The notes beneath the pieces are model-generated. The model saw nothing but the letters and a program-made list of their open reading frames with translations, was not told the DNA's origin and searched no databases. A DNA stretch of 63,786 bases, filler included, from Hyphochytrium catenoides (taxonomy: Eukaryota; Protista; Hyphochytriomycota): the NCBI GenBank assembly GCA_900088475.1. It is 6 parts of 6 records of this genome, joined end to end, with 100 filler letters (N's around TTAATTAATTAA, not from the genome) between each part and the next. Parts side by side here need not be neighbours in the genome. Positions count along the whole stretch, not along the records: positions 1 to 20,069 come from FLMG01002103.1; positions 20,170 to 22,688 come from FLMG01003936.1; positions 22,789 to 44,427 come from FLMG01004092.1; 3 more parts are not named here. One strand, 5' to 3'. Below are positions 12,181 through 23,075 of this stretch, in pieces (within the stretch, counting starts at the first letter, position 1; each line of letters begins with the position of its first letter). The position numbers and the translations under genes were made by a program.

Positions 12181-13720
12181 TCACTTGACATTGTGCTCGA
12201 GCTAGCTAAGTGCGGGTTGGGATCTCAGACCTAGCTGCTTTGATTAGCTGCCTCGGTGTTGACTGCTGGCGCTTTCAATGGAGTGATACCTGGAAAGATC
12301 TGGAGTGACATGGGACAGGCTCGAAGCGACGACCTCTTTGGTTGCTGCTGCAGGTCACTCCTAAGAGGCAAAAGCATGCTGCTCTGTTGAGGGTCCATCC
12401 TTCTATGACTCAAACAACTGAGGTGCAGCTCCTGGACCTCAGTCCTATGTGAGAAGAGATAGAGAGTGAGCTCGAAGGCTGAAGAAGCAATGCAACAAAA
12501 AGCCAAGGATCAATCTTAGTATAACATGCGGAATTACCTAACTATGTAGAACTATATAATATAATAAATAAGGGCAACCAGTGTTGCATCAAAGTCTATC
12601 AATTGGATAAGGGTGGTGGGAATAGCTTTTGTCACTCTAAAAGTCCTCCGGGGGAATGTATGGGCAAGCGAACAGAAGCCTGTATGTCTCGGGCGCTGGA
12701 TAGCGGTGCAGTTGAATTGCCATTCTCTGCAAAGGAGGTGGGGCTTGGGCTACAGCTGTGATCACTCCAGGTCTCGTCGCTAATCCCCGCCTTCATGTCT
12801 TCACTGTTGCTTCGCTTGAGAAATCATCTTCCCGGGTGCGCTTGCCGGTGGAGTTAAGTCCTCCCCTCCAGGCCTACAAAGAAATGGTGATGGAAGTGTC
12901 TAAGTCTGCGGGTCAAGTCCTGATGTCTTTTTCCAGTTCCCGGGCAGTACAAAACCTGCCAGGCTCTCTGGAACCTTTCATCAACCAACCAGAGACCAAG
13001 CTGAACCATACACTGTCCACTTTAAGGTTGCTTTTCAAGAGGATGTCGAAGAGCAAACATCAACGAAAGTCTCAACAAGGCGTACAATATACAGGCGTAG
13101 ATTGGACAATTATCCAGCTTAAGCGAAGCGGTATGCGGGATAATGGTTGTTCCGTATGGAGACAAGAAGGAACTGCCCACACCTCCCTCAGAGCAGACAC
13201 TGTAATCATTCCCAACATCGGCATTATGACGGACAGAGGTTCTGTGTGGTTTATCAATAGTAATAGTTATGGTGGGCGTAGATAAAGACCTCTAGGGTCT
13301 GAACCGAGCTAGGGATATAGAATATAATGTTAGCGAAAAAACCTAATCCTATATTATGTTAGGGCTTGAAGGTGGAATATGGGGTCCACATACACACTAG
13401 TTAGGCCCAACAGTGACCCCCTTGCTTCTAAAGCCTTTAAAAGGACCGCCCACACTGTACCTTCACATCACCATCATCCACGATCCTACTGTACTTTACC
13501 ATTTTAAGCTGTCAGATAGCATAGCATATCCATATATTATTATAAAAAGGAGACAGCTGAAAGTCTTGGTACATAGAGCCAGGGAGAATGATGCGGTTGA
13601 TCCTACTACCTGCCGCGTGTCCTCGTTCGCCATTGTTAGTTTAGAAATACCTTCTCTGCGGTTAGGTCGCGCAAAGGTTTGGACAACATTGAAGCCTATA
13701 CTGATTGAAAGCCGGCCTTA

Positions 13721-15388
13721 ATGGGTTATCCTCTCACAGCTATCGCCGGCCTTCTACTGGCAGATTCTCTGGTACTGCTGGTCGCCACCTTTGCGATGAC
13801 GAGTATCTCAGTGGGTAGCTACATCGCCATCATCTCCTTCCTCTCGGGCCCGCCCTCAACTGCATACTGTTCCAACAATTGCATCTTGTCTGCTAATGAT
13901 TGCAATGGCAAACTGCCATTCGAGAGCGTCTGCAGTACCTCATTCAGCCTGGGCGGGTTTATTTACGGAGCACTGTTCGCTGGTCCCAGTAGTTATACTG
14001 CTGTGGCTTTTGCCTACTGTGAGATGTATGGTTCGGCGGAAAGAGTAAAGTCGACGAAAACGGTGACCATAGTAACGGCACTACTCTCACTGCTGGCCAC
14101 GGTGCTTTATGCTGTGGAAGCGTTCGTACTTAACGGGAACGTTTTCGCAGGGCAGCTCGTTTTTCTCTGTTTGAACCTCTGGATATTCTACGATGGGCAC
14201 ATTCAGGAGTTCTTTCTAAGGCTCATGTCCAACTTCGTTCCCACTCTTACCGGAATCGTCGTCCTCCAAGTGGTGTATCCTATTATTCTTTCCCTTGACG
14301 CTGCTCTGACCACACTCAATCTTATTTTCAGCTTCGGTATGCCCGCAACGTTTCTCGTGCTCTCCTTCGTAACCGAGAGGTGTCTTGGACGGTTAATCTG
14401 GGTCACTGACGTGGGAGACAGCGAGCTCAGCTTTGTGGATCCTGCCCTGTTTCTAATGTATATTCTGCATCAGCTGCTTCAGATGACTGCCAATATCAGC
14501 AGGGGAGACGAAGCACTTATGCTTATCACTATGTCTACTCTGTCGTCGTGTGGTGGGTACATCCTAACCCTAGCTTGGAGTATGCGGCGTCTACGAGCAA
14601 GGGCGATGATTGTAGTATCTCCGACTCTACAGCAGCTCACATCCGCTCGTGGAATGGCATCGTCGGACCTAGGTTCAACAAAGAAAAGTGATTTGGGTGA
14701 GCTTATGGGTTATCTTAAGCACGTTAAGTCTCGGGAAGTACAAGCCAGGGCAGATGCGCCAAGGGTTAGTACGAAGGATCAAGTATCACATGGTCAGGTC
14801 GTACTCAAACAATCAAGTGGAATGAGTTCTGTGATGAGTACACTGCATGGCGTCAAGGTTGAGCCCTCCAATGTGGAAGATTGGGGGGCTCACCTTGGCG
14901 GAACAGTACAGAGCTGTAAAATTGCCAAAAGCGAAAGCGGCCAAAGGGCACGACATACGACATGGCATAAAGGAGAAGCCAATCTTACGATGAGGAGAAC
15001 TGCCATGTTGTGGAAGCGAATGGCAATCAACCTGATCGTGGCAACCACTTGCAGTACCGCGACTCTGAGTTCTCTCATACCCTTGCGCAATTACTTTGTA
15101 GCTAAGCTCCTGCGTAACATCTGCTATCGTCCTGATGCCAGTACTATCGAGGCTCTGGGACAAAAATGGCAGCCTTTCTATACCATTCTTACGGTATTGC
15201 TTGTCATGGCCCTATTTATCTATAGTCTAGAGAGGATGCAGACTGATATCGTTGGGGCGTGGATGAAGGACCGCCGAAGTATCATCAGAAGGACGTTATT
15301 ATTAGAGTTTCTATACCTACCGTACATTGGTACATCTCTACTCCATGGCGCTTTTTTTAATCCTCGTGAAGGCAACTGTTTACTATGA
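13721..15388 (+). CDS. Intronless multi-pass membrane protein of unknown function (555 aa)
   Basis: Long uninterrupted ATG ORF with about 8 N-terminal hydrophobic segments, a polar loop and about 3 C-terminal TMs. AATAAA follows the stop. Confidence 0.6.
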   Translation: MGYPLTAIAGLLLADSLVLLVATFAMTSISVGSYIAIISFLSGPPSTAYCSNNCILSANDCNGKLPFESVCSTSFSLGGFIYGALFAGPSSYTAVAFAYCEMYGSAERVKSTKTVTIVTALLSLLATVLYAVEAFVLNGNVFAGQLVFLCLNLWIFYDGHIQEFFLRLMSNFVPTLTGIVVLQVVYPIILSLDAALTTLNLIFSFGMPATFLVLSFVTERCLGRLIWVTDVGDSELSFVDPALFLMYILHQLLQMTANISRGDEALMLITMSTLSSCGGYILTLAWSMRRLRARAMIVVSPTLQQLTSARGMASSDLGSTKKSDLGELMGYLKHVKSREVQARADAPRVSTKDQVSHGQVVLKQSSGMSSVMSTLHGVKVEPSNVEDWGAHLGGTVQSCKIAKSESGQRARHTTWHKGEANLTMRRTAMLWKRMAINLIVATTCSTATLSSLIPLRNYFVAKLLRNICYRPDASTIEALGQKWQPFYTILTVLLVMALFIYSLERMQTDIVGAWMKDRRSIIRRTLLLEFLYLPYIGTSLLHGAFFNPREGNCLL

Positions 15389-15466
15389 ATGAATAAAAGA
15401 AGTGTGTTAATGGCCTAGAACACCTCTATAATCGCTACGGTAATAACGACCCCAGCATGAGATAGA

Positions 15467-15572
15467 AGATGCCATGAAGACTGTGCCTTGAAAGGTTGAC
15501 TAAAGCTGGCAAGGGGTTTGGAGTCACCTAGCAATAGTCAACCTTCAAGGCACACTCTTCTTCATGACATCT
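15467..15572. repeat. Imperfect inverted repeat forming an approximately 105-nt hairpin (pre-miRNA-like or MITE relic)
   Basis: Left arm AGATGCCATGAAGA-CTGTGCCTTGAAAGGTTGACTA (15467-15502) pairs with right arm TAGTCAACCTTCAAGGCACACTCTTCTTCATGACATCT (15535-15572), with small bulges. Confidence 0.7.
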
Positions 15573-16665
15573 AGCTGTGGTTCATTCTGAGGTCTCTCGG
15601 GGCGTACACAGCTAGTTCTGGAGGGAGTGCACGACCAGCGCAGTCCTTTAGGTGCCGTCGAATCTCCGTCGATCTATGTCACACTAAACGAGTAGTGGAG
15701 CAGCTTGGGCTGTTTGACGTCGTCCTGCAGACACCTGGTATGGTTGTTAGTAGAGGTCACCTTCACTTGTTAGGAACGGGTATCATGGGCGCTGCCTAGA
15801 ATAGCTGAGCCCAACTCTGCTGGAACGAGCTTGGGAGCTGGATCAGTGGTACAGGGTCACTGAGATTCTAAAATGCGACGTTCCACCATAGAAAGGAAGC
15901 GAAGAAGGAGTTACAAGGTTACAGCAGAGGTCTTACCAAAAAACCCTCTGATGCATGTACTAGACAAGGTCTGGCTTGCCCGAGCTTCAGAACTGCCAAC
16001 GTCTAACCTTTTGGCATTTAAGAGAAAGCGACAAGTTACTGTGAGTACCAGCTGGAATCGCTACCCAACAAGCACCTCCTACCTGATACACAACATTGCC
16101 CTGGGGAACCGTTGAGCTAGGTACATGCTAAGGAGTATCTTGGCTCCGACATAGCAGATGCGCTGCTGCATGTTTGAAGTTATGTTGTCCATCTGTAGAA
16201 GCTCCTGCCATGCTTGTAGGAAGTGGAAGCTGAACTTGCCTGACCCCGTGCCCAGCTCGANNNNNNNNNNNNNTTAGACAATCTAGTGAATGGCTGAACC
16301 TCAAAGATAGGAGGTGCTGGCTTGACGCCTCGGTCCAGCTGCGCCTTAACACCTTCAAGGGTCTTCCTGTTGATGCTGATGTAATTAGCCTGTTGCTCAG
16401 GCGTCATCTTTTCAAACAGGGACCAGCTGTTGGTATCGAGCTGCGTCTTCAGTGCAGTAATCAGCCCCCCGTCATCAACAGAATCAGAAGCTGTGACCGG
16501 CTTATTAGCCTAAAAATGAGTTCTATCTAGTGACTAAAGAGTATGTTATACGATGAATGTCAGGATCTGTTTAAAATATGACGTCCACACAAATCTCCCT
16601 TTGATTTATTTCTTTTTCTTAAGACGGAGTCTCTAAACTACCACCAGCCTCACGCAGTCTCAGCC

Positions 16666-17609
16666 TCACGCAGTCTCAGCCTCAGCACCTCCAGAGTCAG
16701 TCTCGGGAACAGGCTCAGCTTCAGCAGCAGGCTCATGTTCGGGAACAGGCTCATCTTCGGGGGCAGGCTCGGCGTCCGGAACAGGCTCAGCTTCACCACA
16801 GCCAGACTGAGTGTCGGCCCCAGACTCATCCTCACTAGCAGACTCAGCTTCGACAATGGGCTGCTCTTCTATCGCTGAGAAGAGTCGTTTTCTGGACCTC
16901 GTAGACCGCGGTCCGTGGAACCGAACTGCTAGAACATGCCGCATTGTCAGCCCATTCATAGCTGCGGTTGCTGTCCTCGTTCTCATCAGCTATATCGGGA
17001 TGTTCTGTAAGGAGCTTATTTCGCACTATCTTCTCTCTGGGAAGGCATATGGGACACTGTGTGGTGTTAACAGGCAGATCTGGTCGGACCTTGGCACAGC
17101 CTCCGTAGGTAAAGGTCCAGCATTGCGACCTGGACGATCGCACCGCAGCGCATGGCGATGAGTTGGGTATCACCTCGTAGATCAGGGTTTCGTATTCCAC
17201 CAGGTTCGCGCCACCTACCTAGGAGTACATCATAGCTCATGTACACTTCGCCTGTGTGTCTGTAGTTGTCCACGCGGTGAATCCAATCATCACCATGCTT
17301 CCGAATGTAAGTAGAACGAGAGTAACAATCTCGAACCCCAGTGTAACAGCACCGTAGCCGGCTTACCGCAATGTGGACACTTGAGAAAGTTTTCCCTGAT
17401 GATGCGTCCACGGTCTTCTTGATTACGTTAAAGACTCCAAACCCAAGGTGGAGAAGAACAGTCTGCCTGTACAGCCTGTAGCTGCCTGTACATGTAGAGA
17501 TGCTCATCCTTACGGCTATCGCAGTGCTTACTTGTCGCTGTATCGTCCACTGAGTGAGTTTTGAATGAACCAGTTTTCGGCCGTTTCGACTAGGTATTAG
17601 CAAGTACAA
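16666..17609 (-). CDS. Hypothetical frameshifted Cys-containing protein with an acidic EPVPE-repeat tail
   Basis: Three overlapping minus-strand ORFs (17067-17609, 16844-17200, 16666-16986) look like one reading frame. They contain RCCYTGVRDC, CPICLP and a C-terminal (AEPVPE)-type repeat with a 16-nt tandem. Confidence 0.35.
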
Positions 17610-17839
17610 TTTTGTTCAATTCCCAACATCTTTCCAAGTTTACCCCTCCAACGCCTGAAAGTTGTAGCCCCTTTGGGCCCAATTTCGATGTTTCTGTGTA
17701 ATTAGTAAGTAATCAAAACCCAATGAGTTTGGCCCCTTTGGGGCTATAATATAAGAAGTGTCAATTCCCACAGAAAAATAGAAAAGTAACTTTCCGGGGT
17801 CACTCATAGTTCTGAACAGATCTATTGAAGGTTTCAACA

Positions 17840-17863
17840 TGTGAAAGCTTCAAGTTCGCGCCA
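17840..17863. promoter_or_regulatory. E2F/CDE-CHR-like composite motif between the divergent orphan gene and the piggyBac gene
   Basis: TGTGAAAGCTTCAAGTTCGCGCCA(AAA). The reverse reads TTTTGGCGCGAA (canonical E2F site) followed by CTTGAA. A second TTGGCGCCAA follows at 17868. Confidence 0.45.
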
Positions 17864-18049
17864 AAACTTGGCGCCAAGCCGCTTCTGGGAGCTGAGAGAT
17901 GCTTCTTCTTGAGTGCATCAGGGTGCGTCTTCTAATGCTGATGTGATGCTGCTTCCAGATGCTTCCAGTCGCCCTCGCTCTACTAGCTGCTGAAGGAATT
18001 TTGCGGGCTGACTAGGCAGTTTTCTCGTCTGATTGACATCGTTACCGTC

Positions 18050-20069
18050 GTGACCCATCACCACGTGATGCGAAAGATGGAAGAAGACACCCAAGCAAAT
18101 GCTGCTGCTACTACCAGTGATGCTTCTCGTCGTGAAACTGCTGCTGAAGATGATGCAATGGGAGGGAAAAAGACGAAGAGAGGTCAAAAGAGAAAGGATG
18201 CAGGAGTTAAACGACCCAATCAGAATCCCTATCTGGGAGCTGCGGTCTGTATTCCGGCAAGGGTTATCTTCTCCGCTGGTCGAGAGGATGAATTCACCAA
18301 CACCTTTCCTGGGGCTGACATGTCGACACTGACCATCACAGGCACTGTATCTGAGGCACCAGCTACAAGGAGGAAGACTTATTCCGTTGCTGTAGACAAT
18401 GGTAATGTCCCTGCCGATGTTGCTTCACCATACAATAGCAAGAAAAAGGGTCATCGCTTAGTGGTGAAGAATATCGCTAAGGAAGTAATTGTGGAATATT
18501 CTCTCATCTTCTGCTCAGTGTGTCAGTTAAGACTGAACGGTCGCACTCCGACCCCAAGGGGACGGTCCAGCTCTATGATGCGGAGGGCAAACCCTTATTG
18601 AAGAGATATGCTGACAAAACCTTTGGTGAGGGAAGGAATATGGCTGACCAAAGCTCCTTAGGCGACGAAGAAGAAGCTAGAATCCCAGCAACTCAGGCTG
18701 TGAACAAAAAGGTCTCTATTTCTTACGGAGGTAAGAACTTCGTAGCGTCATCCCAGCAGTCAACACATGCGCAACCAATGGTGAGTCCACCAGAGTCTGT
18801 TGAGGACGAAATGGAGATGGAAGAAGCCCAACGATGGACAGCAAGTCCCCTGAGTGATGTACCTGGCGGTCGAGATAATGGCTCTTCGTCTCCTAGTCCG
18901 CCTATGGCGCCTGGGGGAGACGAGTATTTGTTCCTTGAATCTGACGAAGAAGAAGAGGATGCTCTTGGCGAAGGTGCAGCAGGAAGCCGCCCTGATGAAG
19001 ACGAAACCTACTCCGCCACGAGAACTTTAGGAAAGAGAAAGCGGGAAAAGTCGAAGGGCAGGAGAAGGGAGGATGACGCAACGGCTCTCGCTGACGACCG
19101 TTCAACCTTCAAAGGTGGGGATGGGCGGTACCTATTCTCAGATGAGTACCAACGGCGTCGTTCTCGTCGTGGGACGACTAGAGCCCTCCCATCAGCAGCG
19201 GAGGATGCTGCTGATAGTCAGGACCCAGACCAAGACACTGACCTTCAAAGTGAGGTCGCGGGCGTCATGGCATTAAAAGATTTTGCCTCAAAGGAAGCAC
19301 TGAAAGATCTCAACTGGAGTGGTCCCGCTGAGGACAACATGATCACCGAAGCAGGGGATTGGTATGACAAGGAATATTTGATTACAAGTGTTGCCCACGA
19401 AGCTCTAGAGATCGACCCCGTTGCAGTACTTCTCCTCCTGTTGCCTGTGCAATTTTGGGAGCACGTTGCGAAGGAGACCAATCGCTACGCAACACAGTCT
19501 GAACCCCACCGGCACTTCAAGCCACTCTCTGCCTTGGAGCTTCTTGTCTTCATGGGTCTCTGTTTATGCAGATCTCTTCAGGACAACGGGCAGGGTCTGA
19601 GAAGCCTGGGACAGAAGGAAGATGGAAGGCATTAGATATGGCTCTTTCAGCCCCATCATGTCACGGGACAGGTATGGTCTGCGTCCATCTGGCCTAAGTA
19701 TGCTCTTTGTTCATGAGACTTCTCCTTTGTCCCTTAGGTTCATGTCAATTGCTCGCTTCCTCCACTTTTCTGATAACAATCATCCGGACGCGAAGAAGGA
19801 TCGAATATGGAAGATTCGAGAAGTGGTCGATACGCTCAACACCACGTTCCAGATGGCATTTGTTATGGGAAGGAAGATCTCTTTTGATGAAGGAACCCTT
19901 CCAAATCACTCCAAATATAACCCCCTCCTGCAGTATAACCGAAATAAACCGCATAAATGGGGGGTGAAGTTGTTTATGGTAGGCTGCACCCATCCTCTAC
20001 CTAGCCTTCACTATTCATTCTCACCTTCTCTTGCTTTAGGTTTGCTGCGCAAGTACAGCCTTCTGTGGA
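18050..20069 (+). mobile_element. piggyBac-family (PGBD, DDE_Tnp_1_7) transposase with two introns; 3' end cut by the contig end
   Basis: FWEHVAKETNRYA, ELLVFMGL, MSRDR|FMSIARFLHFSDN, DRIWKIR, ISFDEG and YNRNKPHKWGVKLFM|VCCASTAFC. GT-AG introns at 19672-19737 and 19979-20039 restore the conserved sequence. There is a long acidic N-terminus, with frameshifts near 18520 and 19625. Confidence 0.9.
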
Positions 20070-20169
20070 NNNNNNNNNNNNNNNNNNNNNNNNNNNNNNN
20101 NNNNNNNNNNNNNTTAATTAATTAANNNNNNNNNNNNNNNNNNNNNNNNNNNNNNNNNNNNNNNNNNNN
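20070..20169. other. Artificial contig linker N44-TTAATTAATTAA-N44
   Basis: Exactly 100 nt with a six-frame-stop core; the same structure recurs five times. Confidence 0.97.
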
Positions 20170-20957
20170 TCCCTCCCCCTGTCCATATATAGGTTCATCT
20201 TTGCTCCCTCTCTTTTTCCGATGTTAACTCTCTCCCTGTCTCCTCTTATTCTATACGTTCTCTCCTCTATTTCCTTCCACTTTTCTATCTCCCTCACTCG
20301 AACTCTCTCTTCCTCTGCCCTTTTCCCCTCTCCTCTTCCCTCTTTGTGTCTTCCTCTCTGTTCTTATGACCCTATTTTCTTTGGAGTCCCCTCCCGTCTT
20401 TCTCCCTCTTTCTCTCTCCTCATGTTCACTCTGTCCCTCTCTTCTTCTTTTCTCTCTCTTACTCTCTCTCTCTTTCTAAAACTCTCTTGTTCTACTGACC
20501 AAAAAGTAGCCTCATCTCCTCCTCGGCCAACTCGTCAGACATACTCGCTCGGACTCCGACAGCTATCAGACCGCGACCGAAACGAGCTCTAGAACAAGGA
20601 AAGACGACAGAGAAAGAAAGAGAGAGAGAGAGCAAGAGTAATTGGAGAGAGAGAGAGAGAGAAGAAAAGAAGAGAAAGTGAGTGGTTGTGGGAGAGAGGA
20701 GAGGAGCAAAGGATGGGTAAGGAGACGGAGCCAGAGAAGACAGAGAGAGGGACCAGTAATTGGCAAAGACTGGAAAAGGTGCCCGTAATAGCACAAGGTA
20801 GGAGACAGACCGAGGGAAAGAGAGAACCCGAAGAAAAAGGAAAGAGAGACGAAGATAGAGGGAGAAGCGGGAGGAGAAGAGAGAGAGAGGATGGAGGGAA
20901 AGATCCGGCGCGGCGGATAGACACACAGAAAGAGAAGAGAGAGAAGCGCGAAGCTCA

Positions 20958-21359
20958 TCACCTGAAAGTTAGCTCGTCATTTCCCCTCTGCTCTTTCTCT
21001 CCCTTTCTTCTCCCGTCGCCTTTGTTCTCCTTATCCTTCAGTTCTCTCTCTTTTCTTTCTCTCTCTTCTCTCTCTTTTCTCTCTTCTCCCTCAGGAGTAG
21101 GATAAGGCCCCACCAACTCCCTCAGCTCCTTCACTGCATTCTCTCTCTCCAGGGCGAAGACAACCACTGGCGACCTGTAGGGGAGAAGAAGTTATGGGCA
21201 AACAGAAGAGAGCGAGAAAGAGACATTAGACCTGACAAAAAGAGAGAGAGAGATTCAAGGGAGGATGGCCGAAACGCATACATAGATAGAAATCGAACCG
21301 CATGTGGGCGTGAAGAGGGGCAGAGAGTGAGACACAGCACACACAGACAGAGAGAAGAG

Positions 21360-21401
<42 letters not shown>

Positions 21402-22202
21402 CAAAAAGAAAGAAAGACGCTAAGAAACAAGCTTGACAACCTTGTGAGGTGCTCGATCAAGGCTGGCAGCAGATTGAGGTAGGTCTGAGGAGCGGGAGGA
21501 GGAGTAGGAACTGGAGGAGGACTCCCTTCTTCCTCATTCTCTTCCTTTGTCTCTCCTCTTTCCTCGTGGTCTTCTTTCTTTTCTTCTTTCTCTCCTGATT
21601 CTTCGCCTTCCTCTGTAAGTTTCTCGTCGCTTTGAGTCTCTCCCTCATTTTTCTCAGGATTTTGTGCTGGAGGCTCTTCCTTCTTTTCTTCCGCCTTAGG
21701 AATGTCTCTATGTGGTGGAACATGGCCAGCGGGGTAATGAAGAATATAGGAGAAGTCAAGGTGGAGAGAGAGAAAAAGGGAAAGAGAGAGAGAGGGAGAG
21801 TGAGAGAGAGAGGGGGGGAGAGAGAGAGAGAGAGAGAGAGGANNNNNNNNNNNNNNNNNNNNNNNNNNNNNNNNNNNNNNNNNNNNNNNNGATAGAAAGA
21901 GAGAGAGAGAGAGAGAGAATAAACATCACCTGCTAACCTCTTCCTCGATGACGTGGTAGCTGAGGTCCAGGTACTGCTTTGCCATAGGTTTACTTAGCGT
22001 CATGATGGCCTGCTGCCGAATCTTGAACCCGCGGAGCCTCAGCGCCTGCCGCACTTCCTCGTCATACTTGAGCGCCTCAGGCTGGAGGAGAAGGAGAGAG
22101 TGGCGGCCAGGGGCCTTGGGGGATGCAGGCGCGGGGAGAGAAGGAGAGAGAGACTCCAAACCTTCCTCTCTCTCTTCGTTTTCCCTCTCCATGGACTCGT
22201 AA
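20958..22202 (-). CDS. Nucleoside-diphosphate-kinase-like (NME group II-type) domain gene, multi-exon, partial
   Basis: Exons read HSLLLLQPEALKYDEEVRQALRLRGFKIRQQAIMTLSKPMAKQY, IEHLTS and SPVVVFALERENAVKELRELVGP, following the NDK pattern TLxxIKPD...GF.I.......LS...A..F...LTSGP.V...L...NAV...R.L.GP. The catalytic HGSD was not seen. Confidence 0.7.
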
Positions 22203-22688
22203 TATGACGGACTTAAGAGAAACGTGAGAGAAGAATTTGAGAGACCAATGCGTACCAAGAGGGGAGAAGACAGAGAGAGAACCTTCAAAACTGTTGGTGG
22301 CAAAAGAGCCGTGGATACGTCAAAGAAGAGACAAACAAAAGAGAGAGGGAACGAGAGAGTGAGAGAGAGCAGGAGAGAGACAGAAGCGAAGAAGCGCAGG
22401 CGTGAGAAAGAGAGAGGAAGACGGAGTGGCCTAGAGAGAGAGAGCTCGGTATCGAGTAGACTATGACGGCCTGGGAGAGGATGGAGAAGCAGAGAACGAC
22501 ATTGAACCAGAGGCAAAAACAGAGTGGCAGCTTCATACTGAAGAACGAGAAAGGATTGGGAGGACGAGAGCAAGGGCCAGAGAGAGAAGAGAGAGGGGGG
22601 GCATTCTATCTACCGGCTTTGAGAGAAGAGACAACAGAGAGAGAGAGAGAGAATATGGGGGAGAGAGAGAGAGAGAGAATATGGGGGG

Positions 22689-22788
22689 NNNNNNNNNNNN
22701 NNNNNNNNNNNNNNNNNNNNNNNNNNNNNNNNTTAATTAATTAANNNNNNNNNNNNNNNNNNNNNNNNNNNNNNNNNNNNNNNNNNNN
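22689..22788. other. Artificial contig linker
   Basis: N44-TTAATTAATTAA-N44. Confidence 0.97.
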
Positions 22789-22830
22789 CCAGGAAACCTA
22801 TATTAATTTTCGAATTTTTTGACGCCGCCC

Positions 22831-22915
22831 ATTGGCCAGATTCAGCTGCACCGCCTATTTGAAGCCAATAAGAAGGACACTACCAAATATGGGCTTTATG
22901 GGTATCAGACCCAAT
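22831..22915 (+). promoter_or_regulatory. Putative promoter upstream of the CXC gene: three CCAAT boxes, CHR TTTGAA and a CArG box
   Basis: ATTGG at 22831, CCGCC-TA-TTTGAA at 22851-22863, CCAAT at 22865 and 22911, and CCAAATATGG (CC[A/T]6GG) at 22883-22892. Confidence 0.4.
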
Positions 22916-23029
22916 TAGCGGAATTCACGCAGTTGTCAACCCAGAAAGCCCACCCATAAAGCTGACTCCATCGCTCATTGGTCACATCTGTAGAATAATG
23001 AAGCGCCGCCAGGCAGAGAGAGAGAGAGA

Positions 23030-23075
<46 letters not shown>

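Noticed and set aside
12758-13721. ORFs 12758-13285 and 13413-13721
   Set aside because: They have non-ATG starts and no recognisable motifs or coding-like composition.
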